Shown here: positions 28,462 to 41,749 of the stretch, in pieces | How the letters are laid out: every line of letters starts with the position of its first letter | Position numbering within the stretch: the first letter of the stretch is position 1 | DNA from: the human T2T-CHM13v2.0 reference genome, Homo sapiens | Assembly (NCBI RefSeq): GCF_009914755.1 | Contig: NC_060935.1 | DNA length: 64,000 nucleotides | Strand: one strand, 5' to 3' | Translations under genes and position numbers: made by a program | Notes under the pieces: generated by a model | Database searches by the model: none | What the model was told of the DNA's origin: nothing | The model's input: only the letters and a program-made list of their open reading frames with translations

Positions 28462-28543
28462 TCACTTAACTAAAAACTATTCTGTATGCCCAGGTCACTT
28501 CTCTTCTCTGAGACTCAGTTTTCTCCAGTAAGAAAATAAAAAG

Positions 28544-28848
28544 AACCAGATGCAGTGGCTGGTGCCTGTAATCCCAGCTTCTCAGGAGACAGGCAGGAGG
28601 ATCACTTGAGGCCAGGAGTTCTAGACCAGCCTGGGCAACATAGTGAGATCTCACCTCTAAAAAAAGAAAAACACTTAGCCAAGCATGGTAGCTCACACCT
28701 GTAGTCCTATCTTCTTGGGGGGCTGAGTCAGGAGCCCAGGAGTTGGATGCTGCAGTGAGCTATGATCACACCACTGCACTCCAGTCTGGGTAACAGAGCA
28801 AGACCTCATCTCTTAAAATTAAAAATTTGAAAAAAAAAGAAAGTAAAA
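28544..28848 (+). mobile_element. AluJ-type SINE
   Basis: ggaggatcacttgaggccaggagtt...gctgcagtgagctatgatcacaccactgcactccag. Confidence 0.88.
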
Positions 28849-31409
28849 AGGATAGTCTAGATAACCTTTCCATTCCCCTCCAGTTCCAATACTCAGATTT
28901 ATTATCAAATGACCCAAATAAACAAAAGATTCTAAGCAGGGAAAAAAAAGACAACAAATATTACTCAATATAATTAGAATCAGAGAGAGAGAAAGGATGA
29001 GAGAGGGAATGACAAAGAGATATGTACCATCTCTTCCTTCTTCACAAAGGACTTTGACTTTGAGCTTCCCTTCTCTGGGATTTGTGATACCAGCCGTTTT
29101 TCATAACAGAGGACACTTACTTTTGTAATGGGACAACCTGGATTTGGATCACAGCTTGGGTGGCTGCTAGTTTTATCACCTTAGGCAAACTAACCTCTGA
29201 GTTTCTACAATTATAAAATGGGCAATGCCTCCTTCACAAGGTTGATGGGGGATTAAATGTGAGTAACTTGTATAAAGCACATGGAAAGGGCTGGCTATCA
29301 GAAATGTTTGTTATTACTACTCTACCTGTACTAATTGGTTGAGTACACATCTGCCTCTCCCACTTAATTGTAAATTCCGAAGAGAGGAATGGCTTGCTCA
29401 TCTCTTTCCCCTACAGTGCCTAGCACAGTGCTTTACATAAAATAAAGAGCTTCACCTGAATTTGTAGAGAATCAAAGCTTACAGAAAGAATGCCTGTTCC
29501 AAGGGAGGAAATTAGATATGCCCAGAGATGTATAAATAACAAGCAAATAGCAAATCTCCCCTGACAAAAACAAATGTCCCCATTTCTAAACAAACAAAAC
29601 AAAGAGAAAAGGTTTTTCAAAATCCATCAAAATATGGACAGTGGTTGTCTTTGGTGCTTGGTCCTTAATTTCCTCCATCTTCTTTGTAGTATAATATTCT
29701 AAATTTCCCACAAAGTGTACATAATAGGAAAAATTATTTAAATTATTGTCAGGACAAATAAGACCACTTGCCTCTGAGTCCGAAAAGTCAGGGACCTGGA
29801 GTCCAGTCTCTGCCATTACATATCTGACTACCTGACTTCAGACGTGTCACTCCAAGTTCCAGTAAAGTGACAGGAACTATGCCCACTCTGACGACACCAG
29901 CAGGCTGCTACAGGAGCAGAGTGCACAGCTCCATGCCGTGGAAACTCTTTCTTTGCTAACCAGAGCCCTAGAATCTCTTAAGCACACCTAGAGCCTCACC
30001 CGTGGTATCTCACTTTTTATTCCAAACCAGACCTGTATTGCTTTATTGGTGTCACACCTGCATAAATGTTGTTCATGTAATAAAAAGAGAAAATAACCCA
30101 CAAAGTGACAGCCTTTTTGTAATCTTATAAACATGCTACAAAAGTAATGAGAATGAATTCGGGGCTGTAATCATAACTCCGTTAATGAGCAATGCCTGTG
30201 TCTGAAACACCACCAGCTGGGAGCCCTTATTTTCGCAGGGCGTTTTTTTGTTGTTGTTGTTCCTTTTACATTTTTTTTCTAACACATTGAGAACTTCAGA
30301 CCTCTGTTCACTGGCAGATCATCTGGAACAGAGCAAAACAGCTTACCAGATGCGTCAGAAAGAAAGATGGGACCTTGAAAACTCTGAGCCTAACAGCTCT
30401 AGACCAAACATTTCCCCTGCCTAAACTCAAATCAAACTAGCAACCTCTTTCTTAAAAGGAACTACTAGCTAGGGTGAGTGCAAAAAGGGTTACAATCCCA
30501 TGCAAGTGATGCTTAAAAGTCACAGACAAGAAGGCACTGTGTCCATCAGCCCCACAGACCCTATGGATGAGGGGGCAGAGAGGGGCACAAAAATAGCAAA
30601 CTTATTTTACAAATTTATGTTCAGACTTAGCCTGGGATATTAGAATAGGTCAGTGGAAGAAAGGCAGCATGCAAACATATTTGTAGGAACTTTAGTTTAT
30701 TCCTACTTTGGGAGATAGGTCTTCAGATGCATGACTTCCAGTAAGGAGTCAGCTATCCAACAATAACAATTACAATCCCTAACAGCTCAACTTCTTCATT
30801 AATGAAATGTGGACAATAATTAAGTTGCATCATAACTTGCTGTGAGAATTCAATGAGATAATATATGAACATACTGAGATCACTGTCTGGTATCTAGTTA
30901 GCTATCAATAATATGCAATGCTGCATTACAGTTGAGCATACGTTGTCCTGTTTGAGCATAAGAACAACTGTGTGAGGCAGGTTTTATTATTCTCAAAGGA
31001 CACTGGCTCAAAGAGATAAAAGGACTCGTCTAGAGTCACGCAGCTAAAATGTGACAGGTATCCAGTTGCTCTTAGGACTAATATTCCCTAATCCTGGCTG
31101 GACCAGAGAAGGCTGCTTCAGCAGGAGTTTGAGCAGGTGACCTTTCCAGTTCAGCTATGCTGTATGCCTGCGTCAGAGATTCAGGGTTCTCCAAGGCCTC
31201 TTTGAATATCTGGAGGCTGGAAACAGGTTTGATATGGAAGTCAGATGAAACCCTTCTAGGACAGTTGTCTCATCTGAACCTAGGAGCCCAGGTATGGCCT
31301 CTGGTAGCAGCACAAAATACATTCTTGACATTCTTATTTTCTACATTTAAAAAACAAAACAAAAAAACCTCTCAGCTAATGATCCAAGGACTCTCTAGCT
31401 GCCTTAATT

Positions 31410-31610
31410 AATGAAAAATAATAGCTATCAATTGGTAAGTACTGCATTAAATCCTTTACAATCATCTCATACAATTCTCACAATTGTCCTGAGGATGGGG
31501 GAGTGGCCTTGTCCCTACTTAACAAACAGGCAAAGAAACTGAGACTCAGAGAAGCTGAAGGACACAAAGCTAGTAAGTAGCAGAGACTGAATTTGAGCCC
31601 AAGCCTCCAA
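31410..31610 (-). mobile_element. MIR SINE
   Basis: gaaactgagactcagagaagctgaag...agctagtaagtagcagagactgaatttgagcccaag. Confidence 0.7.
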
Positions 31611-33999
31611 AGAAATTGCCACACTGCTTCAATTAACCCCTCATTCTCTCTCCCCTCATTCCTGGGTACTCACAGGGTATAGGCCTGGAACACTGGCTTC
31701 TTTTCCCTTCACCAGATATAGTACAAACCCTAGGTTGGAACTTTGTGCTTTTGCAAACCAAGACTGCAAGTGCTGCCAGGGTCTTTAGTCTATTTCTCCT
31801 CCCGATCTTGCCTGAGTCAGAACAAACCATCAGAGCACCCTTCTCTTAGCCTAGGGAGCTTCTCCTGCCACCCATCCCAGGTAAAGGCTCCCTGCCACAG
31901 CTGCTACTGAGGAACTCAGTAACCACCATCAACCAAGTACCTCTTTTAAGAGGGAAGAGAGAAGACAAGCTAAGGAGCTGGTGCAGAGGAGAGACAGGCT
32001 GCCCCTTTCCCCTGAGAGCAAGGGGAGTCAGGCCCCAGGACAGAGGCCTCCACTGATGTTGGACTCACCATAGCCTGCTCCATCCAGTGCAGACATTAGG
32101 AGCAAGACACATGGGGAATTTCCAAGCTAGCCCTACTCAGTCCTCTGACCTCACAATCCATAGTGACCATGACATCCTCACCCCACCATTCCACAGTCTG
32201 ATACCTGCCTCACTTTCCCCCTAACCTATAACCTCTGATGCCCTCTCACTCTCAGTGCCCTAGGGACCCCGCTACCCACCTACTCTTTCCGGGAATCACT
32301 TTGGGTAGTAGCTGCCCCAGGCCATCTTGGCTGGGCCATTATCCACAAATATGCAGCCATGGCCAGCAGGCCAAAAGGTGAGACGTTAGACGGCTGGCTT
32401 GAGCAGACTTTTCATAATAGAAAAACCTTGTTCCTAATCAAGGCCATCTTCAAATCCTCAACTCACAGAGTACCAGCAGCTCAGGGCAGGGTTGGAGAAG
32501 GTGGCACTCTACAAGCAAGAGCCCTGTGTGTTAGGGGAGGGCTGCCATGGAGTGTACACACCGCAAACCCAGGTGGCAGGGCAGGTGGCACTGATTCCCC
32601 AACAAACCAGGGTTTCAGAGTCAACAGCCTCTTTAAAGTCAAGCCTTCCTTCACTCATTTTCTCCCTGGAAGGCTGGAGTGAGGTAGGGACTGGAGCAGC
32701 CCAGCCCATGGAGAGCAGAGCAGAGAGGCAGGCGAACTCAGCAAACCAAGTCACTGAGAAAGGGGATAGAAAATTGGGAGGAGGGGGAGGGAGCACAGCA
32801 GCCTGTCTGGAAGCACCTCTCTGATACACAGCCCACACCCAGTGCTAAAATCTGCCTTCCTGCGCTCCTTGCCTGCAGTAAGCCCACCCTATTCCCCACA
32901 CTTCTTGCCTTTGCCCCTCCCCGCCTTACATAAACTCAGCCGCCTCTTGCACTCCCCAGAATGTCAACTTCCAAGACATGCTCATCTTCCTCATCGCACT
33001 TACTCTACAGTCCAGTCCTTCCACCCTTCCGTTAACAGGACTGAAAACTCTATCCTAAGCCAGCACATAGCTTCCCAGGTCTCTAAGGCACAATGCTACC
33101 AGGAAGGCTGAGTTTCACAACTATTCTAAGGCCCTGGCTGGGGTAAAAAATCTCCTCAGGTCTGTCTCTAACCAACCCCCGTCCCTCCCACCTCCCCAGA
33201 GCCCAGCCTGGTCCACAGCCCTCCATTTAAGGCTGGGCCCTTCCACTCCCACTCATTAGGGCCCCACCCAGAAATACCCCAGCACACAAACAGGACACCT
33301 TGTACAACTATCAGTCTTAGACCCACCCTCTCTCTGATAAGGACAGGAGGGAAACTGAAACTGCCTGAGGGAGGAGCCTCACTCCACCTTCTCTATTTCC
33401 CACCTGGACCTTTCTGCTCCCCTCCTGCTGAGGGGCCTGGGAGAGACAAGTCAGGTGACACCTGACAGACACCTCTTCCTCTGCCCACAGCCCCCAGGCC
33501 TGAAAATACACCCGAGGGCACTGGCGGAGCACGCAAGGAGGTTTTCAGGCACCATGGCTGGGACAGGGCAACATTTTTCTATTTTTCAGAATGTTTCAGA
33601 CTCTACCTGCTGAGAGGACTCAGGTCTCCTACACCTGGTCTGGAAGCTGCCTTGAGGAAGGGGATGGGAGTGAGATGCATTTAGGAAGGCAAAGGAGGAG
33701 GGGTACAGACGGGTTCTAAAGTAGATTAAAAACTGAGGGATGCACCCTTTCTGCCCTCTGGGAGGAGATGGGGCTGTCCCACCGACAACGAAAGGGGAAC
33801 CCTTCGGGGGCAGTGCTGGTGCCTTGGGGGAATGCCCTTATCCTTCTAGGGAAATAGACTGCAACACCTTGGGCTTAAACCTTGCCTTGCCAAAGCCAAA
33901 AAAGAAAGGGGGAGGCCTGCAACCCACCAATCTCATTTTCAGATTTCCTCTCTCCAGCTTAGACACATTAATAATTAACTTGCCTACCTAGGAGCTTGC

Positions 34000-35240
34000 C
34001 GGCGTTGCCATAAAAGATGAGTAATGGCACCGGAGTCCCAGCCCTATGCCCGCGGGCTTCAGGGCTCGGGGCTGGGACGGGCGCCTGGAACAAAGCCTCT
34101 GCATTCCTCCGGGAAGGTGTGTCTGAAACCAGAGCTGTCACAGGCGAGAAGCTGACCCCTTACCTCCTCCGTAGCCGGCTCCTGGCAAGTGTGGGTGTAG
34201 AGGAAGGGCAGGCGCCCCTGCACACTTGGCGGAACGCTTGGCGGGGTCGCCTTTGCCCACCTCCCGGTCCCCACCCTCTCCACTGCTGGCCAGTTGCTGT
34301 CCCCGCAGCCCGCACGCCTGCGGGGCCGTGGGGTCCCCAACCACAGCCGATTTTGGGAAGCGGCGCTCTCTGCTGCTGAGGTAATCCTGTTAACAAGAAC
34401 GCAGTCTGTACTTGGAGACCCGATTTTTAAAAACAACAACGGCTCCCTTGGCGTCCTTCCCGAGGAGTAACCCAAAGCCGGGCGCCGGCTCAATGAATTC
34501 TCTTGCAGAAACTCCAGCGGCCAGCTACGGCTCCCTCGCTCATGGCTGGCCGGGGACTAGCCGGCTCCAGTCACGCCCGCGCCCAGACACAAAGCACCCC
34601 CAAAAGGAGCCCGTGCACCCTGCGCCCTGTCGGCTCGACAACCCGCAGACCCCCCGAAAGTTACAGCGCGCACACACACCTGCAGGCCCCCCTTGGTCGC
34701 CCCTGCCAGACCCCCAGCGTGGCGGGGCACGCGTCCCAGGGAGGACAGCTCCGCGGCTCCATGCGACTGCTTCGCGAGCCCGGGCGGGCCACCGGTCAGC
34801 GGCGCTGGGCTACGGAGCGCGCCGGGGCCTCAGCTCGCCCGCGGCGCATCGCGCGCCCTCCTCCTCCTCGCCGGGGCCTTTCCGAGGAGCCCACACCCAC
34901 TTGACATCAGCACCGATCAAAGCACGTGGCGCAGCGCCAGACAGCGGACCCCAGCGGTCCAGAGCGCGCCCCAGGTGCTGCCGTTCGGCCAGGACGGCGC
35001 GTCCGAGCCCAGCACATTCCTTTCCTCGTAGAGGATGCTGCAAGTGGGAGGGGTAGAGAGGCTGAGGAGGGGGAGGGAAACGGGCGGAGGGGCAGGACCT
35101 GCGGCCTCAGAACTGCGCTGTTCTGGCGTCTAGCCAGACACCAGCAGACCTGTCATCCGTTGCCGCAAGTGCCCATCGGCTGGGAAGACCAGGCTGCAGG
35201 AGACCCGGGTTGCTGTCGTCTCCCCTCCAAGAGTCCTGAC
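34000..35240. promoter_or_regulatory. CpG island, probable promoter (likely minus-strand transcription)
   Basis: About 1.2 kb of non-repetitive GC- and CpG-rich sequence in an otherwise CpG-depleted window; GC box GGGCGG at 35082-35087; E-box CACGTG at 34923-34928; minus-strand donor-like sites at 34900/34901 and 34163/34164. Confidence 0.85.
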
Positions 35241-36180
35241 CTTGAATGCTCTTCCCCACAATGATTCAAGGAGTCTTCTAACAACCCCTGGTAAATTGCG
35301 GGAACGGATTCTGACAAGCCAGGAATGAAGACTTGGTTGGATGTGACTGCGACCTCATCGCCCAGGAGGCCGCTATCAGGCACCCAGCGAAGGAGACCAT
35401 ACCCTCTGGCTTGTCTCTGCCCTGGCAACCTCAACTATGTCTCTTTTCTTTCTCTCTTTTCTCAATGCCCTTGGCAATAAGGGATCACTCTCCTGGTCCT
35501 GCAGGCAATCAGAACTACAGCACCTCTCAGCAGCCCACACACACTTCTAATTCATTCATTAGCACCCGTCCAAATATTCACACATGCAAACATTTAAGGG
35601 TTAGTATATGCCAGGAGCAACAGATAATCTTCCTACACTCACAGTGCTTCTACTCTAGTCAGGGAGACCTATATTAAATACAGAACAAGGTAATTACCAT
35701 TGTTGCGAGGGGATTACAGAGGTGTTATAAGAATGCACCAGGGAGCCTTAAGTCTTGGCAGTCAAGAAAGGATCCCTGACGAAGTGATACTTGACAAAGC
35801 TGAGACGTTACCCAGTGAGTGGGAAAGTTCAGGCAAAACCACTGGGTATTAAAGTGTAAGCTTGCTTCCATTCACAGGTGGAGATGATTAGGCAGAAGTG
35901 GAAATGCCATGCTAGGCACATCTGGGCTTTTATCCAGGTGGGGCATAGGGTGGCTCCCAGGCCCTAGAAGAGAGCCTGGCTATCTGTCCAAAGAGGCCCT
36001 TATGTCTGTTTTCTCATCTCTCCCTGATCCATGGCTGCCCTACCTCTGCAAAAGAGCGCTGTACAGGAATTTGGGAACCTTCACTTGAGGCTCCAACTCA
36101 GTCATCAATTTGCTGTGTGGCCATACAGAAATCCCTTCCACTCTCTGGTATCAGTGTCTCTATCTAAAATAAGAGGTTGG

Positions 36181-36347
36181 GTCAGGCGTGGTAGCGCTAG
36201 CCCGCAGCCATAGCTAGTCAGGAGGCTGAGGCGGGGGTGGGGGCAGGGAGGGAATGGCTTGAGCCCAGGAATTTGAGACTGCGGTGATCTGTGATGCACT
36301 CCATCCTGGGTGACAAAGCGAGATCTTGTCTCAAAACAAAATAAAAA
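36181..36347 (+). mobile_element. Free Alu right-arm-type monomer (FRAM/FAM-like) inside a MIR
   Basis: Single monomer with A tail; near-perfect 16-bp TSD taaaat(a/g)agaggttgg on both sides. Confidence 0.85.
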
Positions 36348-36819
36348 TAAAATGAGAGGTTGGATTAGGACATTGTTTCTCCATATATTTTTTTAAACCA
36401 TACTTCCTTTTGGATAAATATACAAATGCCATTCCCATTCTTCTATGGTGACCAAATTATTTTCCAAATCAAAAATTATAATAGTGAATACGCTTTTTAA
36501 AACTATATATGCCCTTTAAGTATTAAGCAATATTCTGTTTTTAGATGTCTGCTGAAGATAGCTTGGAGGCCAGAGTAAAGAAATGGCCTCCAAAGCCCAC
36601 CCTTCTGTTATCTTTCCCCACCCTCCCCCACAACCCAGCCACCAGCACTTATCATCTCTAGCCTCGTTTCATGTACTCTTTCCAGGATAAATTGGCCAGA
36701 CAATGAATAGAAGCCCTGGGTCATCCAAAAAAACAAAAAAGGCATGCTATGCAAGACTCCTTTGAATAATAACTTCCAGTAATGTTGGCAAGAAGACACT
36801 TTGAAGGAAGCATGCAATG

Positions 36820-37125
36820 ACCTTGGGGACAATTTGGCAATATGAATTAAAAGGCTTTAAAATGCTCATATCCGGTGAACCATCAATTCCGCAACCAAGA
36901 ATTTATCCAGAATACTTCATTGTGGATGAGCACAAAGATTTATCCGCAAGGATGTTCATCTCATCATTTTTATAAGAGCAAGTAATTGGAAATGATCTAA
37001 TTGTACGACAGGAAATTGGTTAATAAACTGTGGTACATGCTTACGATGGAATACATACAACTTTTAAAATGATATTTTAAATACTTACTGTTGAATAAAA
37101 CAAAATGTTACAAAACAAATCATCC
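36820..37125 (+). mobile_element. Old L1ME-type fragment
   Basis: ggacaatttggcaatatg...caaggatgttcatc...aataaactgtggtacatg...atggaatac. Confidence 0.7.
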
Positions 37126-37313
37126 CAATTGTGTGTGGAGGGGGAAGGGGGGGTCTGTTGGGGAGGGAGGTGGTAAGCACCTGTGTTTATTTTTCTTACT
37201 GGTTGACTCAGAACCTACTATCTGAGGTAAAATGTGATGCCACTATGGCATGTCATCCTCACAACAAGTAAATTTATCAACCCATATTAAAGTATAGAAG
37301 AACCTTAACATTA

Positions 37314-37529
<216 letters not shown>

Positions 37530-37597
37530 CTACTACCATCTACTCACCATTAGGGGTTTGATAGTAATCTTAAAGGTAGATTGGTTTTGCCCCCAGA

Positions 37598-37908
37598 TTT
37601 TTTTTTTTTTTTTGTATTTTTATTTTGAGACACAGTATTCTTGCTCCATCATGTTAGTGCAGTGGTACAATCACAGCTCACTGCAGCCTCGACCTCCCAG
37701 AGCTCAAGTGGTTCTCCCACCTCAGTCTTCTGAGTAGCTGACACTACAAGCATGTGCCACCATGCCCAGCTAATTTTTTTTTAAATTTTTTTAGAGATGG
37801 GGACTCACTATGTTGTCCAGGCTGGTTTCAAATCCTGGGCTCAAGTGATCCTCCCGCCCTGCCCTCTCAAAGTGCTGGGATTACAGGCATGAGCCACAGC
37901 ACCTGGCC
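37598..37908 (-). mobile_element. AluJ-type SINE
   Basis: Full dimer containing cctgggctcaagtgatcctccc. Confidence 0.9.
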
Positions 37909-38876
37909 CTCATGTAGATTTTTGTTGCTCTTAAGCCTAATTTTAGTGTGCATAAAAATTACTGTCCATGGTAGTTTAGGGTACATTTGACTTTATGAGA
38001 TTTTTTTTTACCATACACTATAATTTTAGAACCTAATCATTGTTTGAAAGTTCAGTTAATAAATAAATAAATAAATAAAAGACTACTAGAGGGATATTTA
38101 CCAAAATGTTAACAATGTCAGAATTACAGTTGATTTTTACTTCCTCCTTTGGAATTTTCTGTGTTTCTGAAGTTGTCAGACAATAAACATATAGTACTTT
38201 GGTAATCACAACATAAAATGCTGCTTAAAAACAACTGCATTTAAAAAACTCTCCAAAAGATAAACTAAAAAGAAACTATGCCTTGACTTTTAAAGGGGTG
38301 ACTGACCATGCCCTTCATATTCCTTCCCTCTGCAAGCTTTGATACGGCCCCAGTTGGTGCCCCAACACCCAAGGACAGAAAGTACATCGTCGCTAGGATA
38401 CCATGCAGGAAAAACTGGCAAGAAAATTATTTTTACATTTACCTCCTGGGCTATGCTTATAATAATGCTCAGAAGCTTAAACTAAAGGTTCCAACATGAA
38501 GCAGCCATGACCATCAGCTAATGAGTCTGTCCCCTACTCCCAAAACTCTCTACCAAATATTCTGGGTTCTTAATAAGCCGAGAGCATATACTGCATATAC
38601 TCTTGGTCCTAAGAACCCAAAACTGTTCACCTTGCTTTTCTCACACCTGGTGTGCCACCAAGCACACAGGCAAGAATCAGCTGAATAAGAGCAAGCCATA
38701 GATAAGACTGGGCTCAGTAATAACTGGTTGGGTGATCTCTGCCTCCCCCGCTTCTTGGTAAATAGCCTAATAAAGCCCCTACTTTCCTTTTAGGGGGTGG
38801 ATGTAAAAGCTTTTGAACAAAAGGAACTGCACCACCTCAGTGTAGGGGATTATTATTTAATGAAAGTATGTGCTGG

Positions 38877-39257
<381 letters not shown>

Positions 39258-39452
39258 CTACAATTTGCTTCACATTTTGAGCTTTCCAAGAACCTAGAGG
39301 GCTCATAGACCAGAGGAAGGAACAGAGGTAAGAAAGACAACTCTGTTGACTTTCTCTTGTGGCATTACCCAGGAACTCTTAATCCAAGGACTGAAGGCAG
39401 ATAGGATTAAAACTCCAAGCTGAGGGCCCAAGTTTCTCAAAACAGTATAGGT

Positions 39453-39625
39453 AGATGGGCATGGTGGCACCTGCCTACAGCCCCAGCTACTTGGGAGGCT
39501 GAGGAAGGAGGATCTCTTGAACCCAGGAGCTACAGATTACAATGAGCTATGATTGTGCCACTTCACTCCAGCCTGAGCAACAGAGAAAGACCTTGTCTCA
39601 AAATCAAATAAATAAAAAATAAAAA
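39453..39625 (+). mobile_element. Alu right-arm monomer (FRAM or truncated AluJ)
   Basis: gggcatggtggcacctgcc...gagctatgattgtgccacttcactccagcctg, with an A tail. Confidence 0.82.
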
Positions 39626-40349
39626 TACAATAGGCAAAACCACGAGGACAGGATCTAAAGATAAGGGATGCTTGTATTATTTGACCACTTTAATTCAATA
39701 ATCATTTAATCCCTTACCAGTCATTGCAAATACCAACATTCTCTGCTCAAAATAAAACGCATGATTTCCAAGCCAGACAGAGCTGCCATTAGGTTACATT
39801 TTAAATCCACCTAGAGTCTAATCAAGCTAATTTTACTGTTATTCTGTCTATTAAAACATGAGGCCTTTATTTAGAGAGTGAACAGAGGGGAGGAAAATAC
39901 AAACATTAAACGCTGGGAATTTTGATCATTCCAGAATTGCTTCTGGGAGGAAAGTAACAGAAACAAACCTGAATTTTAAAAATAATTTTAACGGGACCAA
40001 ATGCATCAGAAGGTCCACCCACTGGAGAGCTGGCCAGTGCCTTAGAACCAGGCAACAGCTCAGGGACAGAAATGAGGCTCCCTGCCGCACCTAAGCTGGA
40101 AACATGGAGCACACCACCAAGGAAGACAACTTGGGCCTAGCACCTGGCACCTAGGGGCCATTAAGGTGGGAAAAAAGCCTACTTGCTCCATGGCCAGAGA
40201 CCAAAAGCTATCTAAATACAAGTTTTAATAAAACAATTAATAAATAGCTTTATTGATTTTTTAAAATCAAAGAACAAAACCAAATCACAAAACACCTAAT
40301 AAGCTAGAACAACTATGGCCAATGATCTTCATACTTATATTTTAACCAG

Positions 40350-40497
40350 AACAACCCCACGTTAGAAATGAAGATTTCAGGGGCGCACCACCAGAGAATT
40401 GAATGCCAAAAGTCTAGAGTGAGCCCAGGAATCTGCATTTTAGCAAACCCTCAGTGATTTGGCTGCTTGTGGTCTGGAACCCACACTGAGAAATTCT
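40350..40497. mobile_element. MER5A-like hAT relic
   Basis: gagcccaggaatctgcattttagcaaaccctcagtgatt...cccacactgagaaa. Confidence 0.7.
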
Positions 40498-40594
40498 AAG
40501 ACAAGAGGCCAGAAAGACCTAATATACCTGTCTACCTTTACCTTCTAGCAAGAGTCACCTAAGGAGGCTTGAATTAATTCATAATTGAAGCTGA

Positions 40595-40934
40595 GGCCAG
40601 GTACAGTGGCTCACACCTGTAATCCCAACAGTTTGGGAGGCTGAGGCGGCCAAATTACTTCAGGTCAGGAGTTCAAGATCAGCCTGGCCAACATGGCAAA
40701 ATCCTGTCTCTACTAAAAATATACAAAACAAACAAACACAACACAAAACAAAACAAAACAAAAAAAACTTAGCTGGGCATGGTGGCGCGCCTGTAATCCC
40801 AGCTACTTGGGAGGCTGAGAATGCCTTGAACCCAGGAGGCAAAGACTGCAGTGAGCCGAGATTGTACAACTGCACTCCAGCCTGGGGCACAGAGTGAATG
40901 AGATTCCATCCCCCCCCCCCCCAAAAAAAAAAAA
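40595..40934 (+). mobile_element. AluS SINE with an expanded (CAAAA)n linker and a C13 tract before the tail
   Basis: Dimer; C13 at 40910-40922; gaagctga on both flanks. Confidence 0.9.
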
Positions 40935-41224
40935 GGGAAGAAGAAGAAGCTGAACAGAATCCAACTGGAACCTCTTGGGATATCTTTTGGATTCCTAGTT
41001 CTCCAAAATTACAAAACTAGGGCACGATGAAAGGTGCCAGAAAGAGGAAAATACAAGTAAAGAAAGCATTGGCCACACAGGAAGGTCTATAAAACTGTTA
41101 AATTTTAAAAGGATGAAGATGGTATACCTTTGACACCTGCACAGTCTCATCTTGTACTCATAAGCCAGGTATGAATGCTCTCAACTCACCAGTGTTATCA
41201 CCTATAAACTCCATGAACTCTCAT

Positions 41225-41430
41225 AGATGTGAGTTAAAATCTAGGCTCACCCACTTACCAGCTGGGGGACCCTGGATAATTTTTTTTCTTCCCTGAGCCA
41301 CTATTCCTCAACTCTAATGTGGGATTAAAAATACCTACCTCTGTAGTATTATTATGAAGATTAAATAACAGAATGGTATAATAGCATGGGACACAATAGT
41401 ACTAAATAAATGATGGCTATCATTATTCAT
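41225..41430 (+). mobile_element. MIR SINE
   Basis: ccacttaccagctgggggacc...aaaatacctacctc...gaagattaaataa. Confidence 0.7.
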
Positions 41431-41433
41431 TCC

Positions 41434-41744
41434 TTTTTTTTTTTTTTTTCTGAGACAAAGTCTTGCTTTGTCACCTAGGCTGGATTGTGGTGGCATGACC
41501 ATAGGTCACTGCAGCCTCCAACTCCTGGGCTCAGGTGATCCTCTCACCTCAGCCTCCCCACCCAGTAGCCAGGACTACAGGTGCACACCACCTCACCTGG
41601 CTAATTTTTCAATTTTTTTTGGTAGAGACAGGACCTTGCTATGTTGCCCAGGCTGGTCTTGAATTCCTGGACTCAAGCAATCCTTTTGCCTGGGCCTCCC
41701 AAAGTGTTGGGATTACAGGCATGAGCTGCCACACCCCACCTGTC
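41434..41744 (-). mobile_element. AluJ-type SINE
   Basis: Full dimer containing actcctgggctcaggtgatcctctcacctcagcc. Confidence 0.9.
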
Positions 41745-41749
41745 AACTA

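Noticed and set aside
34017-35264. Long ORFs in the CpG island (e.g. 214 aa at 34412-35056, 144 aa at 34059-34493)
   Set aside because: Pro/Arg/Ala/Gly-rich, open in many frames on both strands, mostly non-ATG starts and no recognisable domain; expected from GC content.
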